Source: Eledone cirrhosa
Taxonomy: Eukaryota
DNA: 64,000 nucleotides
Assembly: GCA_964016885.1 (NCBI GenBank)
Contig: OZ024744.1
Location: 87,606,001 to 87,670,000 of the forward strand
Direction: 5' to 3'
Position 1 is the first letter of the stretch; every line of letters begins with the position of its first letter. The notes beneath the pieces were generated by a model. That model saw only the letters and a program-made list of their open reading frames with translations, did no database searches and was not told the DNA's origin. Below, piece after piece: positions 1 to 10,730 of this stretch. The position numbers were made by a program, and so were the translations under genes.

Positions 1-43
1 TCTGGAGATCGTTGAGTGTCTTTCAATTCTGCAGCTCTATGTA

Positions 44-887
44 TTGAGAAAAGCCCTGGACGAAAACTTAGAGCTTGGTTTCACTCTCAGAAATCAAAAG
101 TGTAGACGCCATGCAGCTCAGAAAATCACCGATGCTGACTATGCGGATGATTTAGCGGTCCTCGCTGACAACCTTAAGGATGCAACATCACTACTTCACA
201 GCATCGAATCAGTTGCAGAGAAAATCGGACTCTATGTCAACGCAGGCAAAACAGAATATATTTGCCTGAACTAAGACTCCTCAGTTGGTATGCGAAGTCT
301 AAACGACGATACAATTAAGCAAGTTGACGACTTCAAATACCTGGGTAGCTATATCGCCTCACAGAACATGATGTTAACATCAGACTGGGAAAGCCTGGGG
401 AGCATTGAAAGCAATGTAAAAGATATGGAAATCAAACCTGCCGGCAAAGCTGAAAAGGAATCTCTTCTGAGCTGCTGTGTTATTTGTGCTTGTTTATGGC
501 CCTATCACTTGGAGGCTAACGTCGAAACTGGAGAAAAAGCTAGGCGGGGCATACACACGTATGCTCCGCGCTTCTTTAAACGTGTCTTGGAGGGAACACC
601 CAACAAATAAGGATCTCTATGGCAATATATCACCTATCAGCAGGTCAATACGTGGACAGAGACTCAAATTTGCTGGCCACTGTTGGTGCAGCAAGGAAGA
701 AGAAGCAGGTGATATGTTGTTATGGAGTCCATCTCATGGAGCAAGAAACGCTGGTCGTCCCAAGAAGACATACGTCAAGCAACTTGAGGACGATGCTGGA
801 TGCACTGCGGAAGAACTGGCAAACGCTATGAGAGACAGAGATGGATGGAGGAAACGTGTCGTAGAAAGTCGAGCAAGCTCGACCTGA
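44..887 (+). pseudogene. Reverse transcriptase (LINE ORF2) C-terminal fragment, disrupted
   Basis: Continuous RT-like protein is recoverable only across in-frame stops (TAA 272-274, TAA 417-419, TGA 468-470) and two frame changes near 360 and 392 (..YIAS/TEHDVNIRLGK/AWGALKAM*KIWKSNLPAKLKRNLF*AAVLFVLVYG..). Confidence 0.88.
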
Positions 888-893
888 TGATGA
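868..893 (+). other. LINE 3'-terminal stem-loop plus (TGA)3 tail
   Basis: GTCGAGC-AA-GCTCGAC (868-883) is a perfect 7-bp inverted repeat, followed by C and TGATGATGA (885-893). Confidence 0.7.
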
Positions 894-1306
894 TATATAT
901 ATTGCCGTTACCATAACTCGGAATCGGTGAGCCATTCCGGAATCAAATGCAGTCTTTTATTTTCTACTTTCTAATCTCTGCTTGTTTTTGCAAAAATCCT
1001 GTTCTCTTATATAACTGATGCTGCAATTAACACCTGAGGAAATCGACTTGGTCTTGCATCATACTCGGATAATGAAGCTGGGCTATTGAAATATATATAA
1101 TGTTCTCATTGAATTAAATTATGAAGTTTCCTGTCTGATCTTCTGTTGATTTTAATGAATATTTTATTTCGTTCCTGCACCAACCATTGGATATCACATC
1201 TACGATGGGTAATTTGCATAACGTTGAGTGCTTTAATTTATTGCATCATCGTTTACTAATCGGAATCACCAGTTCCATCCATTGGTTAATAATGTAACAT
1301 AAATGG

Positions 1307-1378
1307 TATATGTGCATATTTATATATCTATTTATTTATACGCGCATATATATATACAGACACACATATATATATATA
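1307..1378. repeat. Degenerate (TA)n/(CA)n low-complexity patch
   Basis: Interrupted TA runs with short CA/TG stretches. Confidence 0.7.
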
Positions 1379-1762
1379 AAGAAAAATGATATATCGTCCA
1401 GGTGTGTGAACGACATCCCATCTCTCTATCTCTCTAAGATTATCAATTAAAACAGAAGGGCTTCAACGATAACAAGGCCAATCTTTTATTAAATGATTCA
1501 TTTAACAAAACACAACCTAATAATTACATTCATAGGACATACCCTGCAAGCTAAACGGCAATGGCTTAATTCTTACATTCAAGAAGAGATATGAAAATCT
1601 CTTGGTCAAAAAACAGGCACTTCCACAAAGCACATCCACGTGGCAGGACAAAGGCGACTGGAATTTAAAACCAAATCTCTTGAGTTTTACATTGGCGTCT
1701 CTTCTTTTAGAGAACGCCGAGATAAGGGAAGTAATTCGCTATTTTTTTGTGTTACCCACAGG

Positions 1763-1801
1763 TGGCGACACTGCGTTGCTATAGTCAAAACACTGTCGCC
1801 A
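1763..1801. repeat. Imperfect 39-bp palindrome
   Basis: Left arm TGGCGACACTGCGTTG-CTA versus reverse complement of right arm TGGCGACAGTGTTTTGACTA; centred on CTATAG (1779-1784). Confidence 0.7.
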
Positions 1802-1806
1802 TAGTT

Positions 1807-1811
<5 letters not shown>

Positions 1812-1844
<33 letters not shown>
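1812..1844. repeat. (TA)n microsatellite
   Basis: Perfect AT dinucleotide run. Confidence 0.97.
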
Positions 1845-1848
<4 letters not shown>

Positions 1849-2062
1849 AAGAATGAAGAGTAACATGTTTGGCTGTACAATAAGGGCATTATTTAAAGTA
1901 CTGACAATTGTTTCGTTGATCAGGTGAGTCTAGAGTTCGCTAATCGCCTGCATAACTATGGAAGCATCTTGTTGTGTCAAACAAAGCCGTACGTTAAAAC
2001 TATCCACGACACAGAGTACTCGCAACCTCTAAATGGATTACCTATAACGATACCTTGTTATC

Positions 2063-2064
<2 letters not shown>

Positions 2065-2107
<43 letters not shown>
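2065..2107. repeat. (TA)n microsatellite
   Basis: Perfect AT dinucleotide run; it is the source of the YIYIYI in the spurious ORF 1924..2199. Confidence 0.97.
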
Positions 2108-2110
<3 letters not shown>

Positions 2111-2909
2111 CCTCCATCTCAACTCACCTTTTGAAAAGCAGAAGAACTGCGAAACCGGTAAAGGAACCAAATAAATATATATATTTAAAAAAAAAATAAG
2201 ACTGCAGTTGCATTTTCGATTTCATCTCTTTTTCTTTATACTTTCACTCGTGTAGGACACCTCGGTTATTTTTCATTTTGTAAAAAAAAACCTCACTTTC
2301 TAATATATATATGTATATATACTTTACTTGTATCAAATAGTCGGTTTATATATAAATTATACTCGCCATTTAAATACAATATAATCTTAGCCCCTTCTTT
2401 CCCAGATCTCTCCTCTACTACCTTTCTCACCCTTTCTTCTTTCACAACAACGAATCTAATTTTCTTTTTTATTACTGCGAATTATGTGATGACAGTATTA
2501 TGTAATGTCTGAGAGTATATGCCATTGAAAACCCTACGTTCCATAATCTATGTTCATCGCATTCAGTAACGAAAAGAAAATGTGCATAGCGTACTAATTT
2601 TGAAGTTGTTTTTTTCAGACGGATAATATCTGAAAAATAATGTATTGAAGTAAAACGATGACCCAATACGTACATCAACAAACAATTACTTAATGGCATG
2701 GTATATACAATATTAAAAGCACTATGGAATAAATAAATATACTTCCATTGGTTTCGGCGGTGAGTGTTGCCAGATGTTCATTCCTGCTTAAAAAATTATT
2801 AAGGTACCAGCAACAAAATATTCCACAAACAGTTGTGTTCGTACTTCTCAGAGAGATTCAACGTCACACTTTGTGTGGCAATTCTGGTCAAATGAATTAT
2901 ATATACAAT

Positions 2910-3068
2910 CCATCCGAGTGGTTTCTACACAGTTTTTATCTATCCAATTTCATTCAGTATCCATGTGTCTACCCGAAGCTATGAGAAATAAGACTTGACC
3001 ATGATGGCATGCAGAGGGAATTGAACATTGTGTTTGCGTAGAATACTTCTTAATCATTCGGCTATGCT
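2910..3068 (-). mobile_element. Decayed tRNA-derived SINE (5' head and central region)
   Basis: The minus strand has an A-box-like TAGCCGAATGA (3064-3054) and a B-box-like GTTCAATTC (3026-3018), 27 nt apart. It continues with ...CATGGTCAAGTCTT...ATAGCTTCGGGTAGAC...TTGGATAGATAAAAACTGTGTAGAAACC, which resembles octopus SINE bodies as I recall them (not database-checked). Boundaries are approximate. Confidence 0.6.
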
Positions 3069-3333
3069 GTGTCTATATAGATATTATGAAACAGCACTAC
3101 GCCTAGGGCGTGGCGCCGTATTGGCTGCGCCCGTGGAAAAAATTCCATAGGCATTTCCTGCGGACAATGGCCAGCGACACACGCTGCAACAGCCACCCCA
3201 TCACGCGGGGCACGTTCCTCGGACGGGCTTTTGACGCCCATAGTAACTGAATCCACTTTGATTCGGATAAGTCTACCTAAGTTATATAATGTTTTCCGAC
3301 AGTGAAAATACGTGAATTATTATTCGTCTAGAG

Positions 3334-3688
3334 CAGAGGGTCACACAGTTGGCGCTACTGTTCCAGGGGGTGGGGGGGGGGGGGGGGGGGGGGGCGTTGT
3401 GGAGATCGAAGGTGCGGGGCGCTGAGCCCTAAGGGATTGGGAGTATGCGGTAGAGATAATATAATAGTATATTAAATATCAAATGATACATATATATATA
3501 AATATAGTATAATATTTATTTTTACTTAGAATATATATTATTCATTATATATAAATTAACGATTTTATTTATTATATATTATTTACAATTTATGTGTAGG
3601 TAGGTCTCTCTGGAAATAGGGTTGGGGGTGCTGAGGATATTAGGTGGCCGTGAGGGGGTTGGTGGCCCAGAATGTTTGACAACCTGTG
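3334..3688. mobile_element. Probable non-autonomous hAT (Charlie-like) DNA transposon / MITE, ~355 bp
   Basis: Flanked by an 8-bp near-direct repeat GTCTAGAG (3326-3333) / ATCTAGAG (3689-3696), matching the NTCTAGAN target preference of hAT-Charlie elements. Degenerate TIRs: CAGAGG--GTCACAC versus CACAGGTTGTCAAAC (reverse complement of 3674-3688). G-rich subterminal regions surround an AT-rich core. Confidence 0.65.
3366..3394 (+). repeat. Poly-G tract (G5-T-G23), G-quadruplex-capable, inside the MITE
   Basis: Direct read of the sequence; homopolymer length may be inexact in the assembly. Confidence 0.85.
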
Positions 3689-3955
3689 ATCTAGAGGCTA
3701 TTGATGCGGAGTGTGATGATGATTGGCTATATCGCAAAATAACAACTAACATACATTTGATCCATTTGAAAATACCTTTTCAAAAGATCAAAAATTGATC
3801 CATTTCTTCCATATATTATGATTTAAACTTCAATATTAAAAAGAAAATGTGATTAACCTTCTTTCATCATAAACACGTTAGAAAAACAAAATTCAACGTT
3901 AACAATATCAATCTGTAATGATGCGTGGCCCCCACACAACGTTTTTATCCAGAAA

Positions 3956-3976
3956 CATCATTATCCTCATCATATT

Positions 3977-4050
<74 letters not shown>

Positions 4051-4280
4051 CCATCATCATCATCAACATTATCATCATCATCATCATCATCATCATCATT
4101 ATCATCAACATCATCATCGTCATAATCATCATTATCGTCATCATCATCGAGATCAACAGGATCTTCATCACCATCATCCTCATCTTCATTATCGTCACCA
4201 TCATCATCGTGATAACCACCATCATCACCATCACCGTCACAATCATCATCATCATCATCATACAAATCATCATCATAATC
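3956..4280. repeat. (ATC)n trinucleotide microsatellite, degenerating toward the right
   Basis: Pure ATC run at ~3978-4049, then interruptions by ACC/GTC/ATT/AAC. It produces the spurious poly-I, poly-M and poly-D ORFs. Confidence 0.96.
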
Positions 4281-4339
4281 GAACTTGACAACTAGGACAA
4301 TTAGGAACAATAAAGCAACACTACCACTACCAATAGCAT

Positions 4340-4551
4340 CAAGAGCCAGAGTAACAACAACAACACAACAACACCAACCACAAAAACAACGGCAACGTCA
4401 ACAACTACTACAGCAACGACAGCAACAACAGCAACAACAAGATCAACGGCAACAACAACAACAGCAACAACAACAACAGCAACAACACAACAACAACAAG
4501 AACAACAGCAACAAGAACAACAGCAACAAAAGTAACAACAACAATAACAGT

Positions 4552-4624
<73 letters not shown>

Positions 4625-4626
4625 GC

Positions 4627-4699
<73 letters not shown>

Positions 4700-5883
4700 C
4701 TAATAACAACAACAACAACAACAACAACAACAGCAGCAGCAACACCACCACCACCACCACCAACAACAACACATACAACAGCAGCACCAACAGCAACAAC
4801 AACAACAGCAACAAAAACAACAACAACAACAATAATATCAACAGCAACAGCAACAACAATAATATCAACAACACAAAACAACAACAACAACCACAGCAAC
4901 AACAACAACACAACAATAACACATACAACAACAACAACAACAAAATCAAAAACAACAACAATAACAACAACAGCAGCAGCGACAACAACACATACAACAG
5001 CAGCACCAACAGCAACAACAGTAATAACAACAACAGCAACAACAACAACAAACAACAACAACAATATCAACAGCAACAGCAACAACAACAATAACAACAA
5101 CGCAAACACAACAACAACAACAACAACCACAGCAGCAACAGCAACAACAACAACAACAACTTCACCACCGCCACCACCACCACCAACAACAACAACAGCA
5201 ACAACAACAACAACACCAGCAGCAGCAACAACAACACATAAAATAGCAGCACCAACAACAACAAGAGCAACAACAACAACAGCAACAAAAACAATAATAT
5301 CAAGAGCAACAGCAACAGCAACAAGAACAAGAACACAGAAAAAACAACAACATCAACCACAGCAAGAACAAAAACACAATAAAAACGAGAACAACAACAA
5401 CAACAACAGCAGCAGCAGCAACAACATCACTACCACCACCACCATCACCACCACCAACAACAACAACAACAACAACAACAACAGCAACACAAACAACAGC
5501 AACATTAATATCAACATCAACAGCAACAACAACAAAAACAACAACACAACAACAACAACAACAGCAACAACAACAACAATAACAACAGCAGCAACAACAA
5601 CAACAGCAGCAACAACACATACAACAGCAGCACCAACAGCAACAACAGCAGCAACAACAACAACAACAACCACAACAACAAAAACAACAACAGCAATATC
5701 AACAGCACCAGCAACAACAACAATAACAACAACACAAAAACAACAACGACAACAACAATCACAGCAACAACAACAACAGTAACAACAACAATAATAGTAA
5801 CAACAAAAGCAAAAACACAACAACAACAATAACACAACAACAACCACAACAATAACAACAGTAACAGCAACAGCAACAGCAGC

Positions 5884-5920
<37 letters not shown>

Positions 5921-6327
5921 GTAGCAGCAACAATAACACATACAACAGCAGCAACAACAGCAACAACAACAACACAACAGCAACAAAAACAACAACAACA
6001 ACAACAATATCAACTGCAACAGCAATAACAGCAATAACAAGAACAACCACTGCAACAACAACAACAGCAAAAACAACAACAGCAAAAACAACAACACAAC
6101 AATAACAACAACAGCAGCAACAACGCAACAACAACAGCAGCAGCAGCAACAACACATACAACAGCAGCACCAACAGCAACAACAACAATAACAACAACAC
6201 AAAAACAACATAAACAACAACAAACACAGCAAGAAGAAGAAGAAGAAGAACAACAACAACGCAAAACAACAACAACAACAATAACAACAACAATAACAGT
6301 AACAACAACATCAATAACAGCAACGCC

Positions 6328-6362
<35 letters not shown>

Positions 6363-6829
6363 AACAACAACAGCAACAACAGCAGCAACGACAACACATA
6401 CAACAGCAGCACCAACAACAACAACAACAACAGCAACAGCAACAAAAACAACAACAAAAATAATATCAACAGCAACAGCAACAACAGCAATAACAAGAAC
6501 AACCTCAGCAACAACAACAACAACAACACAACAACAACAACAAAAACAACAACAACAAATACAACAACAGCAAAAACAACAACAACAACACAACAACAAC
6601 AACAACAAAAACAACAACAACAAATACAACAACAGCAACAACAGCAAAAACAACAACAACAACAACAAGAACAGCAACAACAATAACAACAACAGCATCA
6701 GCAACAACAACATATACAATAGCACGACCAACAGCAACAACAGCAACAACAACGGCAACAAAAACAACAACAGCAACAGCAACAAAAACAACAACAGCAA
6801 CAGCAACAACCACAAAAATAACAACACAA

Positions 6830-6860
<31 letters not shown>

Positions 6861-6946
6861 GGCGACAGCAACAACAACAACAGTAACAACAAAAGTAACA
6901 GTAACAACAACATCAATAACAGCAACAACGACAACAACAACAACAA

Positions 6947-6977
<31 letters not shown>

Positions 6978-7063
6978 AATAAAAACAACAAAAACAAGAA
7001 CACAGAAATAACAACAACATCAACCAGAGCAACAACACAAACACAATAACAACGACAACAACG

Positions 7064-7095
<32 letters not shown>

Positions 7096-8650
7096 AACAA
7101 CAATAACAACAACAGCGACAACCACAAAAACAACAACAACAACAATATCAACAGCACCAGCAACAACAACAATAACTACAACACAAAAACAACAACGACA
7201 ACAACAATCACAACAACAACAGTAACAACAACAATCACAGCAACAACAACAACAGTAACAACAACAATAACAGTAACAACAAAAGCAAAAACACAACAAC
7301 AACAATAACACAACGACAACCACAACAATAACAACAGCAACAGCAACAGCAACAGCAACAACAACAACAACAACAACAGTAGCAGCAACAATAACACATA
7401 CAACAGCAGCAACAACAGCAACAACAACAACACAACAGCAACAAAAACAACAACAACAATAATATCAACAGCAACAGCAACAACAACAATAACAAGAACA
7501 ACCACTGCAACAACAACAACAGCAAAAACAACAACAGCAAAAACAACAACACAACAATAACAACAACAGCAACAACAACAACAACAACGCAACAACAACA
7601 GCAGCAGCAGCAACAACACATACAACAGCAGCACCAACAGCAACAACAACAATAACAACAACACAAAAACAACAACGACAACAACAATCACAACAACAAC
7701 AGTAACAACAACAATAACAGTAACAACAAAAGCAAAAACACAACAACAACAATAACACAACAACAACCACAATAATAACAAAAGCAACAGCAACAGCAAC
7801 AACAACAACAACAACAACAACAACAGTAGCAGCAACAATAACACATACAACAGCAGTAACAACAGCAACAACAACAACACAACAGCAACAAAAACAACAA
7901 CAACAATAATATCAACAGCAACAGCAACAACAATAACAAGAACAACCACTGCAACAACAGCAAAAACAACAGCAGCAGCAACAACAACAACAACAAAAAC
8001 AACAAAAACAATAATATCAAGAGCAACAGCAACGACAACAATAACAAGAACACAGAAATAACAACAACATCAACCAGAGCAACAACACAAACACAATAAC
8101 CACGACAACAACAACAGCAGCAGCAGCAACAACACCACCACCACCACCACCACTACCAACAACAACAACAACAACAACAATCACAACAACAACAGTAACA
8201 ACAACAATAACAGTAACAACAAAAGCAAAAACACAACAACAACAATAACACAACAACAACCACAATAATAACAAAAGCAACAGCAACAGCAACAACAACA
8301 ACAACAACAACAACAACAGTAGCAGCAACAATAACACATACAACAGCAGTAACAACAGCAACAACAACAACACAACAGCAACAAAAACAACAACAACAAT
8401 AATATCAACAGCAACAGCAACAACAATAACAAGAACAACCACTGCAACAACAGCAAAAACAACAGCAGCAGCAACAACAACAACAACAAAAACAACAAAA
8501 ACAATAATATCAAGAGCAACAGCAACGACAACAATAACAAGAACACAGAAATAACAACAACATCAACCAGAGCAACAACACAAACACAATAACCACGACA
8601 ACAACAACAGCAGCAGCAGCAACAACACCACCACCACCACCACCACTACC

Positions 8651-8694
<44 letters not shown>

Positions 8695-9493
8695 AAGCAA
8701 GAAAAACAACAACAACATTAATATCAACATCAACAGCAACAACAACAATAACAATAACACAACAACAACAACAATAACAGTAACAACAACATCAACATCA
8801 ACAACAATCACAACAACAACAGTAACAACAACAATAACAGTAACAACAAAAGCAACAACACAACAACAACAATAACATAATAACAACCACAACAATAACA
8901 AAAGCAACAGCAACAGCAACAACAACAACAACAACAATAACAGTAGCAGCAACAATAACACATACAACAGCAGTAACAACAGCAACAACAACAACACAAC
9001 AGCAACAAAAACAACAACAACAGTAACAACAACAATAACAGTAACAACAAAAGCAACAACACAACAACAACAATAACACAACAACAACCACAACAATAAC
9101 AAAAGCAACAGCAACAGCAACAACAACAACAACAACAACAACAGTAGCAGCAACAATAACACATACAACAGCAGTAACAACAGCAACAACAACAACACAA
9201 CAGCAACAAAAACAACAACAACAATAATATCAACAGCAACAGCAACAACAATAACAAGAACAACCACTGCAACAACAACAACAACAGCAAAAATAATAGC
9301 AGCAGCAACAACGCATACAACAGCAGCACCAACAGCAACAACAGCAGAAACAACAGCAACAACAACAAAAACAACAATAATATTAACAACAACATCAACA
9401 ACAACAATAACAACAACACAAAAACAACAACACCAGCAACAACAACCTCAGCAACAACAACAACAGCAACACAACAGCAACAACAACAACAGC

Positions 9494-9527
<34 letters not shown>

Positions 9528-9751
9528 GCAGCAACAACAGCAACACCAGCAACAAAACAACAACAGCAACAACAACAACAATAACAACAATACCAACAAT
9601 AGCAGCAGCAACAACAACATATACAACAGCACCACCAACAGCAAAAACAGCAACAAAAATAACAACAGCTACAGCAACAACAACAACAACAATAACAACA
9701 ACAGTAACAACAAAAATAACAGTAACAACATCATCAATAACAGCAACAACG

Positions 9752-9782
<31 letters not shown>

Positions 9783-10730
9783 GAGAAACAACAGGAAAAA
9801 CAGCAACAACAGCAACAACAACAACAACGACAACGACAACAGCAACAGCGACAACACGAACAACAACAAAACAACAACATCAACATCAACAACAACAACA
9901 TACAACAACAACAACAACAACAAGAGCAACAACAGATAGAGACACCACCACCAACAACAACAACAACAACAGCAACAACAACAACAACAACAAATACAAC
10001 AACAACAACAACAACAACAACAACAGCAACTACAACATCAACATCCACAACAAAAAATACAACAACAACAACAACAGCAACAACTGTAGCAACAACATCA
10101 ACATCAACAACAAACTAATTCAACAACAACAACAACAGCATCAACAACAACAGCAACAATAATATCCACAACAACAAATACAACAACAACAACAGCAACA
10201 ACAATAGCATAGCATCAACATCAACAACAAAAAATACAACAAAAGCAACAAAAGCAACAACAGAAATAACAACAACAACATCACCACCAACAACAGCAGC
10301 AAGAACAACAAAAACAACAACAGCAACAGCAACAACTGCAACAACATCAACAACAACAGCAACACGACAGAAAACAACAACAACAGCAACAGCAAAAACA
10401 ACAACATCTGCAATACAACAGAACACAACTACAACAACAACAGCAACAACAACAGCAACAAAAACAACAGCAACAGCAACACCAGCAAAAACAACAACAA
10501 CAGCAACAACAACAACTACAGCAACAAAAACAACAACTACAGCAACAACAACAGCAACGGAAAGAATAGGAACTGCAACAGCAACAACAACAACAAAATA
10601 AAACATCGACGACGTCAAAACAAAACAACTACAACACTAACGATATCACAAGCATCAACAATACCAACATCATCACCACAAAAAGCAACGACATTAACAA
10701 CAACTACTACAAGAACAAAAGCAAACTTAA
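4340..10730. repeat. ~6.4-kb degenerate (AAC)n tract with AGC/AAT/ACC variants and recurrent internal modules
   Basis: Plus strand is almost entirely A/C with 3-bp periodicity; a near-pure run lies at ~4564-4700. Diagnostic words recur, e.g. ACCACTGCAAC at ~6047, 7501, 7946, 8438 and 9263. Confidence 0.96.
7684..8669. repeat. 493-bp tandem duplication within the AAC tract
   Basis: Minus-strand ORFs 7688..8053 and 8181..8546 are identical at an offset of 493; CACAGAAATA occurs at 8051 and 8544. Ends are approximate. Confidence 0.9.

Larger units (their letters stand above)
38..893 (+). mobile_element. 5'-truncated, inactive non-LTR retrotransposon (LINE), RTE-like clade; 3' portion with (TGA)n tail
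   Basis: Translations give the RT catalytic motif YADDLAVL, then IGLYVNAGKTEY, VDDFKYLGSYI, YTRMLRA..NVSWREH, RLKFAGH and GRPKKTY...DRDGWR, the C-terminal signature typical of RTE-type LINEs. The ORF stop (885-887) is the first unit of a TGATGATGA tail. Sequence upstream of ~38 does not translate into the expected QG..L.P.LF motif, consistent with 5' truncation. Confidence 0.88.

Noticed and set aside
619-935. ORFs 619..831 (+) and 720..935 (-)
   Set aside because: They are alternative-frame and antisense shadows of the LINE RT remnant.
1755-1769. CTCF-like motif CCCACAGGTGGCGAC
   Set aside because: It has several mismatches to the core consensus and is better explained as part of the palindrome arm.
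1602-3256. Short ORFs 1602..1784, 1924..2199, 2472..2699, 2748..2984 and 3062..3256
   Set aside because: They are short, carry no recognisable motifs, and several overlap microsatellite or SINE-derived DNA.
3908-4310. Poly-M, poly-I and poly-D ORFs
   Set aside because: They are readings of the (ATC)n microsatellite.
4285-10628. Poly-Q/N/T (plus strand) and poly-L/V/C (minus strand) ORFs as prion-like, mucin or membrane proteins
   Set aside because: They are translations of (AAC)n/(GTT)n. Frames shift constantly, plus-strand frames are broken by TAA, and no non-repetitive domain or exon structure is evident.
4340-10730. Telomeric repeat tract
   Set aside because: The unit is AAC-based with no CCCTAA/CCTAA-type repeats, and the tract is internal.
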